A stretch of 64,000 bases of DNA from Oikopleura dioica. Its lineage: Eukaryota > Animalia > Chordata. The notes beneath the pieces were generated by a model. The model was given only the letters and a program-made list of their open reading frames with translations. It did no database searches and was not told the DNA's origin. Both the position numbers and the translations under genes were made by a program. Where the stretch lies: assembly GCA_907165135.1 (NCBI GenBank), contig OU015567.1, positions 14,756,001 to 14,820,000 of the forward strand, written 5' to 3'. Position 1 is the stretch's first letter. Each line of letters opens with the position of its first letter. Positions 1-11,488 of this stretch are shown here, one piece after another.

Positions 1-374
1 TCCAAAAAGCGAAAAAATCCATTCTCGATACTCGAAACCACTCGGCCTTGAAAAACGTCGCCAACGAGCTCCAAGATGTCCAGAAAATTATGGGTAACTC
101 AGTTACTAACTGGAAGTTGGTTTCGCAAGCTTATCATTTCTAGTCGCAAATTTGGACGAAGTCCTCGCCCGTGGAACGAGCTTAGACGTGATTCAAAGCA
201 AATCTTCCAACCTCTTGAGCTACTCGCAGCAATACCGAGACGAAGCAAAACAGCTCAATAGGAAATCAAAGTAAGCCCCCAATTTCATCGCGTTTTCCTA
301 AACTCTTTAGTCTAATCAAAGTCGGCGGCGCTCTGACCTTCATCCTCTGGATCGTCTGGTACTTTATCCTATAA
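1..374 (+). CDS. SEC22B: 3' part of vesicle-trafficking R-SNARE SEC22B (partial, three exons: 1-93, 144-270, 311-374)
   Basis: Spliced translation QKAKKSILDTRNHSALKNVANELQDVQKIM/VANLDEVLARGTSLDVIQSKSSNLLSYSQQYRDEAKQLNRKS.../LIKVGGALTFILWIVWYFIL* matches the SEC22b SNARE motif ([20 protein letters not shown]) plus a C-terminal TM anchor; GT-AG introns 94-143 and 271-310. Confidence 0.85.
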
Positions 375-738
375 ACAAGTTCCCTCTTTCGAATTTCCTT
401 CCGCAACACATTCATTTTTGAACAAAATATTGTGGCTGAGTAGTCGGCATTCACTGTGCAATACCATAATCTCGTCTAAGTTATCTAACCTTCATACTGT
501 AATAAGAATATTCTAGCGAATAAATGACTAAAACATGCGTCAGGTTAGGCTTTTGTGATGCGCACTCGATCCTAGTGATAATTTATTTCTTCTTCTGCTA
601 AATTCATATTTTACTGAAACAGTTTCGTCGTTGCTTATTCTGTGTGCGACCATTGGGTGTAATTATCATCAACCTTACCTGATAATGAATAGTAAAATTA
701 TAATTCTAAGCGGCTTTGCTCCTTTAATTTTTTTATAG

Positions 739-2073
739 ATGGTGTTCCGGGCGAACTTGAATCCGAATCGTTCAGACATCCAAATCGGTAAAGACTACCA
801 AGCAGAAATACCAGAAATACTGGACTTCGACGAGGACTGTTTTGAAATAGAAACTAGTCAGCTTTTATGGGACCCAAAGGAAAACACACTCACTGAGGAA
901 ACTTTCAACACATATCTCGAATATGCGGCGACTAAAAATTACAACGAGTTCCAAGCGCTTTGTTTGCTGCATAATACAAAGATGGATACACAAAGAGCTG
1001 TGTTTTTGATGGATTCTTATGAGCCGGTAGGGTAAGTTCCTTCTCTTGCTTTACCTGGCTAAAAACCTTTATATTCAGGCCGATGGATAAATGGACACAG
1101 CAAGAAGCAAGCTTGTTCAAGTCGGCCTATGCACAAGTCGGAAAGAATTTTTCCTCTATGAAGAGCCTCTTCTATAACAAAACAGTCAACGAGCTAGTCG
1201 AGTTGTACTATCATTTGAAAGCAACGAAACAAGTCATTTCGCCAAAAGAGACAGCGAAGAAAACGACAGTATTTCCAGGTAAAGTCAATTTCGTTCTTTC
1301 AATAAATTTCTGTTTCATTAGAAGCTGTTTTGGGGAAAGCAAAGACAAATAGTTCGGACTCATTTACTCTCGAACTGGAAGAACTTGGAGAGAGAATAGG
1401 TAAGCTGGATTATTTGAGCGAAAAATGGTAGTGTTTCAGTGAATTCTGGGACAGAAGTTAATCTCGAGAAATTTGATGAGTCTGATGAAATCGTTGAGCG
1501 GAAAAAAGAAATTATCGATACCAACAAGCGAATAATGGCGATAAAAGAAACATATCTTGCGCTGAAAGAAACGAAGGACTTGGTTCTTGAGACAGCCTTG
1601 AAAGACAACGGTTCTTTGATAAGAGATAAACATGGCGAGCTTGCTGTCAAGTAAGAAAAAAATTACTGAAAATAGTTGAGTTTAAACTTTTCAGAGAAGA
1701 TAAGCAAGTGATCAATACAATTCGCTGGGAGCACAGCGAAGTTGAGTGTCTCCGAAAAGGCCTGGCTGATTTTGGTCGAGATTGGGAGACGCTCGCGCGC
1801 ATTGTCAAAAGCAAAAAGTCATCCCAACTGAAAAATTTCTTCGAGCAGCAATATGAAAAGCTCAATTTGATTGAAGATTATCGCAAATTTTTGAGATCAG
1901 AAAATGGAAGTGACAGAGAGATCATCGCGGGCGACTCTGGTGGAGCTGCCTCTCCACCAAGAACGCATCAGAATTCCGGCGACGAATTTGTCCCATCGGC
2001 AGACGCGGACCGAGAGGAGTTTACAGAGATAGTAGAAATGGAGGACGACGACAGCGATTTTGAGATTCTTTAG
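739..2073 (+). CDS. ELM2-SANT-coiled coil-SANT protein, REST corepressor (CoREST/RCOR)-like, multi-exon
   Basis: ELM2 motif IQIGKDYQAEIP, SANT1 KWTQQEASLFKSAYAQVGKNF, coiled-coil linker, SANT2 RWEHSEVECLRKGLADFGRDWETLARIV; tttatag immediately before the ATG. Confidence 0.75.
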
Positions 2074-2173
2074 TTACTTTTTACATACTCTTTCATTTAT
2101 TCTGAAATCACTGCCGGTTAAAAAAGCGTGCATCATCATGTACTCTTCCTTGATTTCACCAAGTTCTTTTAGC

Positions 2174-4634
2174 ATGGAAGTCGGGCCGGTAGTAACGAAA
2201 TCAATCGTTGAAGATGTTCATGAGTCTATCAAGAATACACCAAGTCTTAACACAGATGAAGAAAAGGAGGCATTCAAGAGTATCGTCAAACAAAGCAATG
2301 GGCTGGAACTGGGCTCGGCAAACTGTGTCAGGAACAGACACAGGAACAGGAAAAAAATATTCTGTCCCATATTTTACACAGGTACACAGGTCAGGAAGCA
2401 AAAATATCCTGATTTTAGACAGGTACTCAGACAGGTTTTTTCACACAGCTTATCAAACAGGTTACACAGGTCAGGACCTGCCTGAACAGGTCTGAGCGGG
2501 TCAGAAAACAGGAAACAGGCCCTGTGACAGGACAAAAAACAGGAAATTTCTGAGAAAATATATTGCAAAGAAACAAAAAGACGCGAATTTATCGGTTATT
2601 TTGATTGTTGTACTCTTTTTCACGTATTTCGCTATTGATTTCTTTATACATTTTCCCTGACTTATGAGTTCCTGACCTGGTTACACAGGAACCTGTCTAT
2701 GGTCAGGACCTGAGCGGGAAACACAGGCCTGTTTAAGACAGAAACAGGAACAGGGACAGCAAAAGAAAAATTTTTCCCCCAATTTTACACAGGTACACAG
2801 GACAGGCCCAAATTATTACCCGATTTTACACAGGTACTCAGACAGGTTCCCCAAAAACAGGAAACAGGACCTGTGACAGGTTTTTACACAGCTCAGTTTG
2901 CCGAGCCCAGGGCTGGAAGTTCTCTATCATGATATGACTCCACTTTTTCATTCGGTTAAACTTGGGAGACTTGATCATATCGAAGTCCTGATAGAAATGA
3001 AAGCTGATTTCATAACACAGTGCCAGTATAAATCAATCGACCAGTTTATCGCTGAGAATGAAGAGAACTGCGTGAAAATTTGCAAAGTTATCCGCGAAGC
3101 TGTAAAAAAACGAGGTGCAGATGGAGTCAGGGAGACAATCGTTCTTGGAAAGATCAAAACTCTCTACGAGAAAAATAAGATGTATGACCCAGAGGAGGTG
3201 CTCTTATCAGTATCCAGGCAAATTGAAGCTCTCTCGAAACTGGGCTTGAACGCGGTTTTTGAAAAAACAAAAGAAGCAAACAAGGATTATGTGGTTTTTA
3301 CATGCCGAGATCCTGTTGATGATGTAAGTACAAAAATCATTAGTTCGTTCGTTATTCGTTGTTAGAAAATAATGGAGTATCCTGGCAAGTTCGATAAATG
3401 CAGACACTGGGCATGTTTCGATTTGAAGTCATTCCTGATTCGCAATAAGGGCGAACTCAGGAAGCAGCGGCCTTTTCTGAAATGTCCAGTCCCCAATTGT
3501 CAGTTCAAAACGACTAAAGTTTCCAATCTACAACTGTGCTCATTCATCCAAGAGGTCATAACTAAATTGAACAAACCGGAGAAAATACATTTCTTCAAGA
3601 ACGGAACCTACGTTGATCCCTCTAAAACAAAACCTGATCAGGCAGTGAGAGAAGAACCAATAGATGAGCAGCCAAACAATACCTTTTCAGAAGAGGAATC
3701 ATCTTTTACAGATCCGGTTCCTGAGGTAGAAAAATCTACAGCCGAAGCTCCTGCGCCTGCAGCTGCTCCTGTAATAACCGTCAAAGCGGACCCAGATGCT
3801 CAGATACCTGTCCCTCTTGCGACTTCAACTCAACAACCAGTCGATTCTTGCGTCCCAGCACTTTCTAAGAAGCGAAAAATGTCAAAAGATATTGTCCTTT
3901 CAGATTCAGAAGAAGTCGACAACACAACAACTGTGCAACAGAGTCAAGAGGTGTCCCTGAATGATCGGATTCTTGAAGAAGCAAATCCTGATCAACTTGT
4001 TCTGTCTGATGGAGCAGCCGATATTTTATCCATTGACAAAGAAAACTACGTTCCTTGTGCTAAAGATCTGGAAATTCAGAAGCTCAGAGAACTCGTTCGC
4101 GATCTTCAAGATTCGAACTCACTGAAAACTGAAGAACTCAACAATGCGCAAGAAGAATTGCATAAAATTAAAGCAAGTGAATTGGCGATGCGCAAGAAAT
4201 TCATGGAAAGCCAGCGCGACAATTCAAAGAAAAGGAAAGAGTTGAGAACTCGTGAAAGAGAACTGGAGGCCAAAGTTGAGAAACTGGAAGAGGAGCTTAA
4301 CAAAAGATCGACTGAGGATGATGATGAAGTCAGGGCAGAGCTGGCTATTGCGAATGCGAAATTGAAGAGGTTTGAAGCTGAGCGCGAGCAATTAGGTTCG
4401 CTACTGAAGGAAAGCACGATGATCATGCAACTAGTTGGCGTCAAAGAAGAGCCCGTGCCACCTGCTGAAATTCATGATTCAGAAGGAAAGGTTAACTCAT
4501 TCCAACAGTTCTACAAGAAAAAAGCCTACTTGCGATACCTCAAATTTTTAAAATACATTAATCAAACCCAAGTTGACCTTGATAAAGATGAAGTTATCGC
4601 ACCAGCAAACACAAGCGTCATCGAAATCGACTAA
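2174..4634 (+). CDS. Ankyrin-repeat + SP-RING (zf-MIZ)-like + coiled-coil protein; exon 1 interrupted by a MITE
   Basis: ORF before and after the MITE joins as SNGLE/VLYHDMTPLFHSVKLGRLDHIEVLIEMKAD (ankyrin-like); after the GT-AG intron near 3325-3366: CRHWACFDLKSF...LKCPVPNC (SP-RING-like); heptad-rich C-terminus. Confidence 0.6.
2309..2910. mobile_element. ~600-bp non-autonomous DNA transposon (MITE), family A long copy 1
   Basis: TIR CTGGGCTCGGCAAACTG ... CAGTTTGCCGAGCCCAG; perfect 8-bp TSD GGCTGGAA (2301-2308, 2911-2918); many ACAGG subterminal repeats; near-identical to 5657-6250. Confidence 0.95.
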
Positions 4635-4830
4635 ATTTCTTCATTCATCACCCTTTTATTAAAAATTTCCTCAATGTTCAACTTAAACACATTTTCTTCA
4701 CTTTCACTAAACTTGTTACTGTCGCACACATATTACATTGATTTCGTACTATTTTAGACTTCACTGCCTTTTTTATTGAAACACTTCTTAACAACAACCT
4801 CGTGTTTTCTCAAATCTACAGTCTTCAGAA

Positions 4831-5533
4831 ATGGGTATTTTCAAGCAAATCGGTGCAGCTCTCGGCCGAAAGGCTAAAGATCCGGTCAAAGCAGCTCCAT
4901 CAGTTCTGGATCGCATGAAGGATCAATTCAACGTCAAAGCCCAGGCTGATCAGATTTCCCAAAACAAAGAGGACGCGTTTGCCGAGCTTGAGAAAATAAA
5001 ACTTGCGCCCATTCGAGTTGAAGCGGCTGCGGATAACTTAACTGAGGAAGAAATTGAGGCGAAACTGCAAAGTCTGGCGAATGAAAAAGCGACGCCAAAA
5101 GACTTTCTTAGCATGCTCAGCGATGTTCAAATTAACAAGCCGAAAGAGCTCGAGGAAATTGAACGGGCGCAAAGAGCGTCTGATAAATACAAACCAAAAC
5201 GACGAGAAAATGCTGGCGGTAAATAATCGCTCATTTTGCTTTTCCATATTTTGATATCTTTCAGAGCCCTTGGAACTACCACGCGGCAAAGCTTACCCTC
5301 CTATGCTAGTGGACATCATTTATAATCATCAGATAAATCCTCAACATTGGAATGTGGAAAATTTAGCAGAAGAAACACGTCTTCGAGAGTCAGATATTGA
5401 AATGTTTCTCAAGAACTTTGACTTGATTAATGAACACTCAAATATTTTTATCGAGGGCGAAGGGCCTAATGCCATCGCCGGCGAGGATCAATTCTCGCCA
5501 CTCGACGACATGCCTAAACAGATATCTAATTAA
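4831..5533 (+). CDS. NDUFAF4: NADH dehydrogenase complex I assembly factor NDUFAF4-like (two exons)
   Basis: C-terminal LPRGKAYPPMLVDIIYNHQINPQHWNVENLAEETRLRESDIEMFLKNF resembles NDUFAF4 (IPKGK...NNHKLFPETWTAEKI...LEQKDVNSLLKYF). Confidence 0.65.
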
Positions 5534-5582
5534 AAACTTCCCGCTCTCTCTTTCAATCTCCTCTAGCATGTTTATTTTAAGA

Positions 5583-6804
5583 ATGTTTGAAGCAATCGGG
5601 TCGCCCATGTTTTGGACACTGTGTCTTCTTGTCTTCGTTTTAGCAATCGCCTTGATCTGGGCTCGGCAAACTGTGTCAGGAACAGACACAGGAACAGGAA
5701 AAAAAATTCTGTCCCATATTTTACACAGGTACACAGGTCAGGAAGCAAAAATATCCTGATTTTAGACAGGTACTCAGACAGGATTTTTTACACAGCTTAT
5801 CAAACAGGTTACACAGGTCAGGGTCTGCCTGAACAGGTCTGAGCAGGTCAGAAAACAGGAAACAGGCCCTGTGACAGGACAAAAAACAGGATATTTCTGA
5901 GAAGAAATATTACAAAGAAACAAAAAGACGCGAATTTATCGGTTATTTTGATTGACGAACTCTTCTTTACGCCTTTCGCTATTGATTTCTTTAAATATTT
6001 TCGCAGACTTATGCAGTTCCTGACCTGGTCACACAGGAGCCTGTCTATGGTCAGCGGGAAACACAGGCCTGTTTAAGACAGAAACAGGAACAGGGACAGC
6101 TAAAGAAAAATTTTTCCCCCAATTTTACACAGGTACACAGGACAGGCCCAAATTATTACCCGATTTTACACAGGTACTCAGACAGGTTCCCCAAAAACAG
6201 GAAACAGGACCTGTAACAGGTTTTTACACAGCTCAGTTTGCCGAGCCCAGGCCTTGATTTTTACTATCGCCTATCTTTTCGTTTATCTTGGATACTTTAC
6301 TGCCATCGACGTAAAAGTCGAAAAACCTGAAATTTCTGGACTTATGTACGCTTACAAAGGTATTCTATTCAAGAAATCCACATCTTACAAAATTGAAGAA
6401 TTCGACGATCAATTCGACGAAGTTCCAAAGCTCTACAAATCGATAGCTGAAGACTACCCGGAAAATAAAACGCTCGGCCTGTATGAAAGTTATGATGAGA
6501 GTTATACAGAGAGTGTTTTCAAACTTGGGGCAATAATTTCTGATGAAGCAGAGGTTAAAACAGGCTATTTGCTCGGCACTCTTCCCGATTCTAGCGCTGC
6601 GATATGGTATGATTGACAGGGAAGCGATAGATAAAGATGGATTCTAGTTCTTCGTTCGAAATCAAAGACCCGATCCAAATCTCGGTCGGGTACAAACGCT
6701 GCCGGGAAAAGATGCTCTCTTATGCGAAGGAACACGATTTGAAAACTGATACTTTTCTTGAAATTTACTCGCCCGACAATTCTTCATACTACTTTTTGCA
6801 ATAA
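5583..6804 (+). CDS. TEX264: TEX264-like (N-terminal TM + GyrI-like domain); exon 1 interrupted by a MITE
   Basis: MFEAIGSPMFWTLCLLVFVLAI/ALIFTIAYLFVYLGYFTAIDVKVEKPEISGLMYAYK ... FKLGAIIS ... second exon ending FLEIYSPDNSSYYFLQ*; resembles TEX264 (VAYKF, AVGSILS, RLEIYQED). Confidence 0.7.
5657..6250. mobile_element. ~600-bp MITE, family A long copy 2
   Basis: Same TIRs as 2309-2910; perfect 8-bp TSD GCCTTGAT (5649-5656, 6251-6258). Confidence 0.95.
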
Positions 6805-6868
6805 ACTGATTCCTCTTCCGCCCATTCGTAAATTCGTTCATTGAAAATGGTTCAAGTTTAGACAGTTG

Positions 6869-7535
6869 ATGTCGGTGAATACTGACCCTTTTCCTCCAGG
6901 AGTTCGTGTTGAATTGACCACGCGCCTGGGGCAAAAGTTCGACGGAGATGTCATCTGCTTCGATCAAAACCAACAGCTCCTTCTGATTAGCTCTCAAATC
7001 GAACAAGACTCAAAACTTTGCAATATCCATTTAGGCAAGCCCGAGAATTAAACTCGTTATTAACGCCTATTTCCAGTCAACTTAAAACATGTAAGCGATG
7101 TTAAATACAAAGAAGAGCAGCCCGGAGCGAAAAAGACAGATTTCTTCAACCAGAAGTTAAACAGTGCCAAGCTGGAGCTGAGACGGCGCAGGAATGTGGA
7201 GGACAAAAGAAACGAGGTAAGGAGCGACAACCTTTGCGCGAAAGAGCGCGGCTTTTTCAGGCTTACGCTTACAGTGAAGAAATTGACCCTGTTGGACGGG
7301 AGCTCTACTCGCTAATCAAGAAGCAACTGCCAGACGGACTCCGCTGGGTGAACAAGGACATCGAGGTAAATCCCCCTCCTTTTGGCCGCAGAAATAACGC
7401 GGGGTTCAGGTTCAAGGAGTGCGAATATCTCCGCCCTACGAGGAGAAATCCTGCGTCATCACCAATGGAAGCCAGCAAGCCCTAAACCATATTCGAAACA
7501 TCATCAAATACTATCACTCGAACCAGCGTCAGTAG
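6869..7535 (+). CDS. LSM12: LSM12 (Lsm domain + anticodon-binding domain), multi-exon
   Basis: PGVRVELTTRLGQKFDGDVICFDQNQQLLLI, /VNLKHVSDVK, VGRELYSLIKK, RISPPYEEKSC...ALNHIRNII; GC-AG intron 7035-7076. Confidence 0.75.
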
Positions 7536-7985
7536 ATCACACCCAAAATTGAACCCAGAACCCGGCCTCCACTAGAAATTCATCCAAAAACAGCTCCAAA
7601 TCTGAAATTACCCAACTGATCCTATCCCAATTTTTGAGTGTTTCCAAAAACCGATTAATAAATTTAGGAAAAATTTCACAAGCTCGCACAATTTAAAAAT
7701 TACTAGAAACGGCATTTATACTTTTATTACTTCCCGACTTCTTTTAGGCTATTTTTGAAGAAAAAAAATGTAAAAATTCCAAAAAAAAAACTGTTCACGC
7801 GCTACAAGATCTCTGCTAATGAACCCTGTTTCTAATACTGTAGAAACTTACTGTTATAGTCAATAGTATTATCAGAGATTTGAAACCTGGGCAAAAAACA
7901 AGAAGACAGGAAGAACTCGTGTCGGAATTCACTCACGAGTTCTTCGGCTTTGATTTGATTAATTAGCAATTAAAGCAGCAATTTA

Positions 7986-8174
7986 TTATAATAAAGGTGG
8001 CAAACTTTCAGCAGCTTTTCTGTAATAATGTTTCTTTATCTTCTTCATTTCTACTTTTCGATTGAAATTGCGCATCAGTTGTTTTCTTCTAGCGCGAGCG
8101 GAGAAAAAGCTCGTTCCGGTCATTTTTCCCGGCTCTGGAAGTTTGAAGAGTTTTCTGATGTCTTTTGATGACAT
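7986..8174 (-). CDS. Small basic protein of unknown function (62 aa)
   Basis: ATG-initiated ORF preceded by tttctag on the minus strand, downstream of the co-oriented DMAC2-like gene; no family recognised. Confidence 0.35.
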   Translation of the reverse strand: MSSKDIRKLFKLPEPGKMTGTSFFSARARRKQLMRNFNRKVEMKKIKKHYYRKAAESLPPLL

Positions 8175-8217
8175 AAACGAAGAGCTAGAAATCGGAGTTA
8201 ATAAGGGGGTACTGGAC

Positions 8218-8413
8218 CTGCGCTTGGGAATCTGAGTAGAAAACCTGAGTCAGGGTCCTTGACGAGCAGCTCAATCTATTTAAGAAATATCGGCGAAGCC
8301 GCTACGCGGCTTCGTTACTTAGAAAGCCGATTCGCGGCTTCTCTTTGAGACTCTTTCCGGACCCTGCGTTACGGTCTCTGACTCAGGTTTTCAACACAGG
8401 TTGCCGGGTGGAG
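8218..8413. mobile_element. Short family A MITE (degenerate, intergenic)
   Basis: Degenerate family A TIRs, inverted AAACCTGAGTCAG / CTGACTCAGGTTT blocks, internal AAGCCGCTACGCGGCTT hairpin; no TSD recognisable. Confidence 0.7.
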
Positions 8414-8422
8414 GATTTTATC

Positions 8423-9891
8423 TTACGTTTCTCCCGCTTCTAGTAGTTTAGTATCCTTGTCTATCGACTCTTCTTCTTTTGTGATAATCGTACAATCAGC
8501 AGGAAGAATTTCTTTAATAAACGGTAGATACTTTTCGATATTCGGCTCGTTTGGGAGATTTGACAAATTAATCCACTTCAAGTTCGTCATTAGTCGCAAA
8601 TAGCCGAGGCCCTTGACGGTGATGGAACTGCCCGCCAGATCGAGGTATTCCAGCGTCTCGCTCACTTTGTGCAGACGCGTCATACTGATCAAACATGTTA
8701 TCTGAGACATAAATTAATTTACCAGTCGAGGGAGTCAAGATACATCAGTCTCGAGTCTCGAGATTAAATTCCGAAAATTGAATTACTCACCAATGATCGT
8801 CAAAATAGCGCGTGTAGCTGGCATTTAAATACTTCAGATTCTTCGTTGCTTTCAAGTTTTCCAAACCGTAGAATCCCAGCTTGGAGAAGCGAGCATCAAT
8901 GGCGATGATATTGAGCTCCCTGTTATTGGACTCAATAATTCATTTGATATTCATTTGAAAAGCTTCTGATTAAAAAAACATGCGAGGAAAAGTTTTTCTC
9001 AAGATGACCAACTGTGAGTTCGAATAGGAATTTTTTATTACTTGCTTTTTTACAAGAAAAGTTCATGTGAGAAATCTTCTTCGAGCTTTTTATAAGGTCA
9101 ATCCGAGATGACGTCAATTTGACTAGATTCTTTCAAAATATTCTTGTGAAGATAGGCTAGGCAACCACTGCGGAAAAGCTGACTCAGGGTCTTGAAAGGA
9201 CTCCTCCAAAAAGCCGCGTAGCGTATTACGACTCTTAAAGACAGCTTTTCTACAAAGGTTACCAAGCCCAGTTCTGAAGCTCGTCAATCTAATTGAGCCA
9301 TTCCTTGGATCGAAAATCTGCATCGCTCTAAAATCCTCCACCCATTCCATAGTCCCCTCGGGTGCATTTTGACACTCGTAATAAACCGCACAATCCATTT
9401 TGTTCATCAAAACATGCGCCGCCATTCCAACTGGGCCCGCAACGGAAAGGTACTCTTGCTGCTTTTCTTGATTGTAGGGCAGATTTGCCATGTAGTAGAA
9501 ATTCTGATCGCGACGGAGCTGATAGCGGAAGTGGCGATCGATGATGTCCTTTTTTGAAAAAGGATTGAAGGTTCTGCTGATTCGTCCGCGAACGCGGTCT
9601 ATTTTTTCTTTCTGAAAAGGATGAGCTGAAATTCGATTAAAGAAAACTCACGATTTGCGATTGTTTCTCGGTCACCACCACCATCTCCTGTTTCCTCCTT
9701 GACCATTTGACGACCCTTTGCTCTCCCCAAAGAGCTTCATTCTCCGGCCTTTCCAGAGGCACTTCTTTTACAAACGTTTTTCGAGCGCCCCAGGTGTCGA
9801 ACTTCATCAGAGCATCGGTTTTTGGAGGAACTGTTTTGAAGCGAACCGCGGTGAAGATCAATTTTGACGGTTGGAAGAAAGTTCGAAACAT
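8423..9891 (-). CDS. DMAC2 / ATP synthase subunit s-like mitochondrial LRR protein, multi-exon
   Basis: Mitochondrial-targeting-like N-terminus MFRTFFQPSKLIFTAVRFK; LRR-like IDARFSKLGFYGLENLKATKNLKYLNAS..YFDD and LEYLDLAGSSITVKGLGYLRLMTNLKWINLSNLP. Confidence 0.55.
9152..9271. mobile_element. Short family A MITE inside a DMAC2-like intron
   Basis: Degenerate TIRs (ATAGGCTAGGCAAC / GTTACCAAGCCCAG); flanks TTGTGAAG (9144-9151) and TTCTGAAG (9272-9279) are a 7/8 TSD. Confidence 0.7.
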
Positions 9892-10202
9892 TCGGTTTTT
9901 GAATCCGATTTCTAAACGTTCATTTTAGTGAGATCAAAGCTATCATCTTTATCTGTTTAAAATTCTAGCGAAGCTACTAGTAGCCTACTAGGCCTTCAAG
10001 CTGTTCACTTATTGATATTTTAGCAACACGATTTTTGCAACAATTTTTTTGCTTTTATTTACAGCGAAGATTTTCGAGCGCAGTTTGAGTTTTTTTCTTC
10101 CAATGTGACATCAGTTTGATAATAAATAATAATAAGCATATTAATATTATTTGTGAAAAGATCAAGTTTGAACTGGACAGAGTGATTTTCTAGGTTTGAT
10201 TT

Positions 10203-11488
10203 CTAGTTGGATTTTCGGAGTTTGCTTGAGGCGTGATCGACGGGATAACAGGAGGGTCGTTTTCGTTCGGGACGATCTTTTTCGCGCTGCAGTTCCATCT
10301 GCTTGTGCATGAATTTCTTGTACAGGTTTGGCTTGTCGGCGACGATCTGTTGGGCGTTGTCGTCATCGTCGGAGTCGTAGTGGATGTATTTGGGGAACTG
10401 AAGGAACACTTTTAGCTTGTTATCGACGAGGTCATAATCCGGGCTTGTAAGACTGTGTAGTAACCTGAGCTAAGCTCATGAAAGAGCTAAAATTGAAGGC
10501 CGCGTAGCGGCTTTTCCAAGAACGAAGCCGCAGAGCTACTTCGCAAAAATTACAATTCCAATCCATTAGGATTGTAAGGTTTCTTGATTGAACTTTTTCA
10601 AACGAAAACTTCTTCGATCAAACTTTGCTAAAAACAAGATGGCGGGGCTAATGATGAGGGTTTTCTGTAGGAGAAGGAGGTCACCGGGAGAATGATAAAA
10701 TAAAAAAGTTTGTTTTGAAGAAGCGCGGCTTGTTTCCTTTAGCGCCTTCTTCACTCCTTGATTCGCACTATAAACGTCAGGCGCTGCCCACGAGCTCGGC
10801 AATAAAAGTATCAGACTTGAGAGGCTAATCATGTGATTTGCACTCGGTAATGCACCATCACAAAGTCCCTCGAAAACTCCTCGGTAAAAAATAATTCAAC
10901 AAATAAAAAAAAATCAAACCAAATCAACGAACAAGAAAATTTGAGAAAGAAAATCTGGGTCAGAGCAAACTAAAAAGCGAAAGAGAGAGAGATAGTATGC
11001 GGAAATTGAGGAAGAGCTCGTTTTCAAGAAATAAAGGTCAGTCAAACAAAACTTTGATTGAAACTGATAGTTTCTCTTATTTGATAGTTTTTGAAATCTA
11101 AATTGGATTAAAAAATCATGCATTTTTATCATGACTAGCTAATGAATCTATTCAATAATGTTGAATAGTAATAATCATTTTATGAGGTGCCCCTATTAAA
11201 TTCTGCAGATGACGAATAATCGTACGATAAATGTATTTAATCTAGAGCTACAAATTCGTGAAATATGAATTGTTGCGATAAATAGGTATCGTTATGGTCT
11301 GTTAGTTCAAACTGCACCTAAGAGCCATTTTCGAAGAAGCCTTATTTTACAATTAATTTTTGTTTCATTTATATTTTGAAACTTACGGTTTCTGGAGACT
11401 TTGAAGCTCTTTCCGTGACAGTAACAATTTTCGCTTTCGAGAAATTCTGTCTGTTTCTACTCGGCAAGTCTTCGAACAATCTGTTCAT
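10203..11488 (-). CDS. Uncharacterised multi-exon gene
   Basis: First exon MNRLFEDLPSRNRQNFSKAKIVTVTERASKSPET followed by a gtaagt donor; later exon-like ORFs 10566-10832 and 10203-10430 (DYDLVDNKLKVFLQFPKYIHYDSDDDD); exon chain not resolved. Confidence 0.3.
10439..10545. mobile_element. Truncated short family A MITE
   Basis: Degenerate left TIR CCGGGCTTGTAAGACTGTGTAG, AACCTGAGC block and GGCCGCGTAGCGGCTT hairpin; right end not found. Confidence 0.45.
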
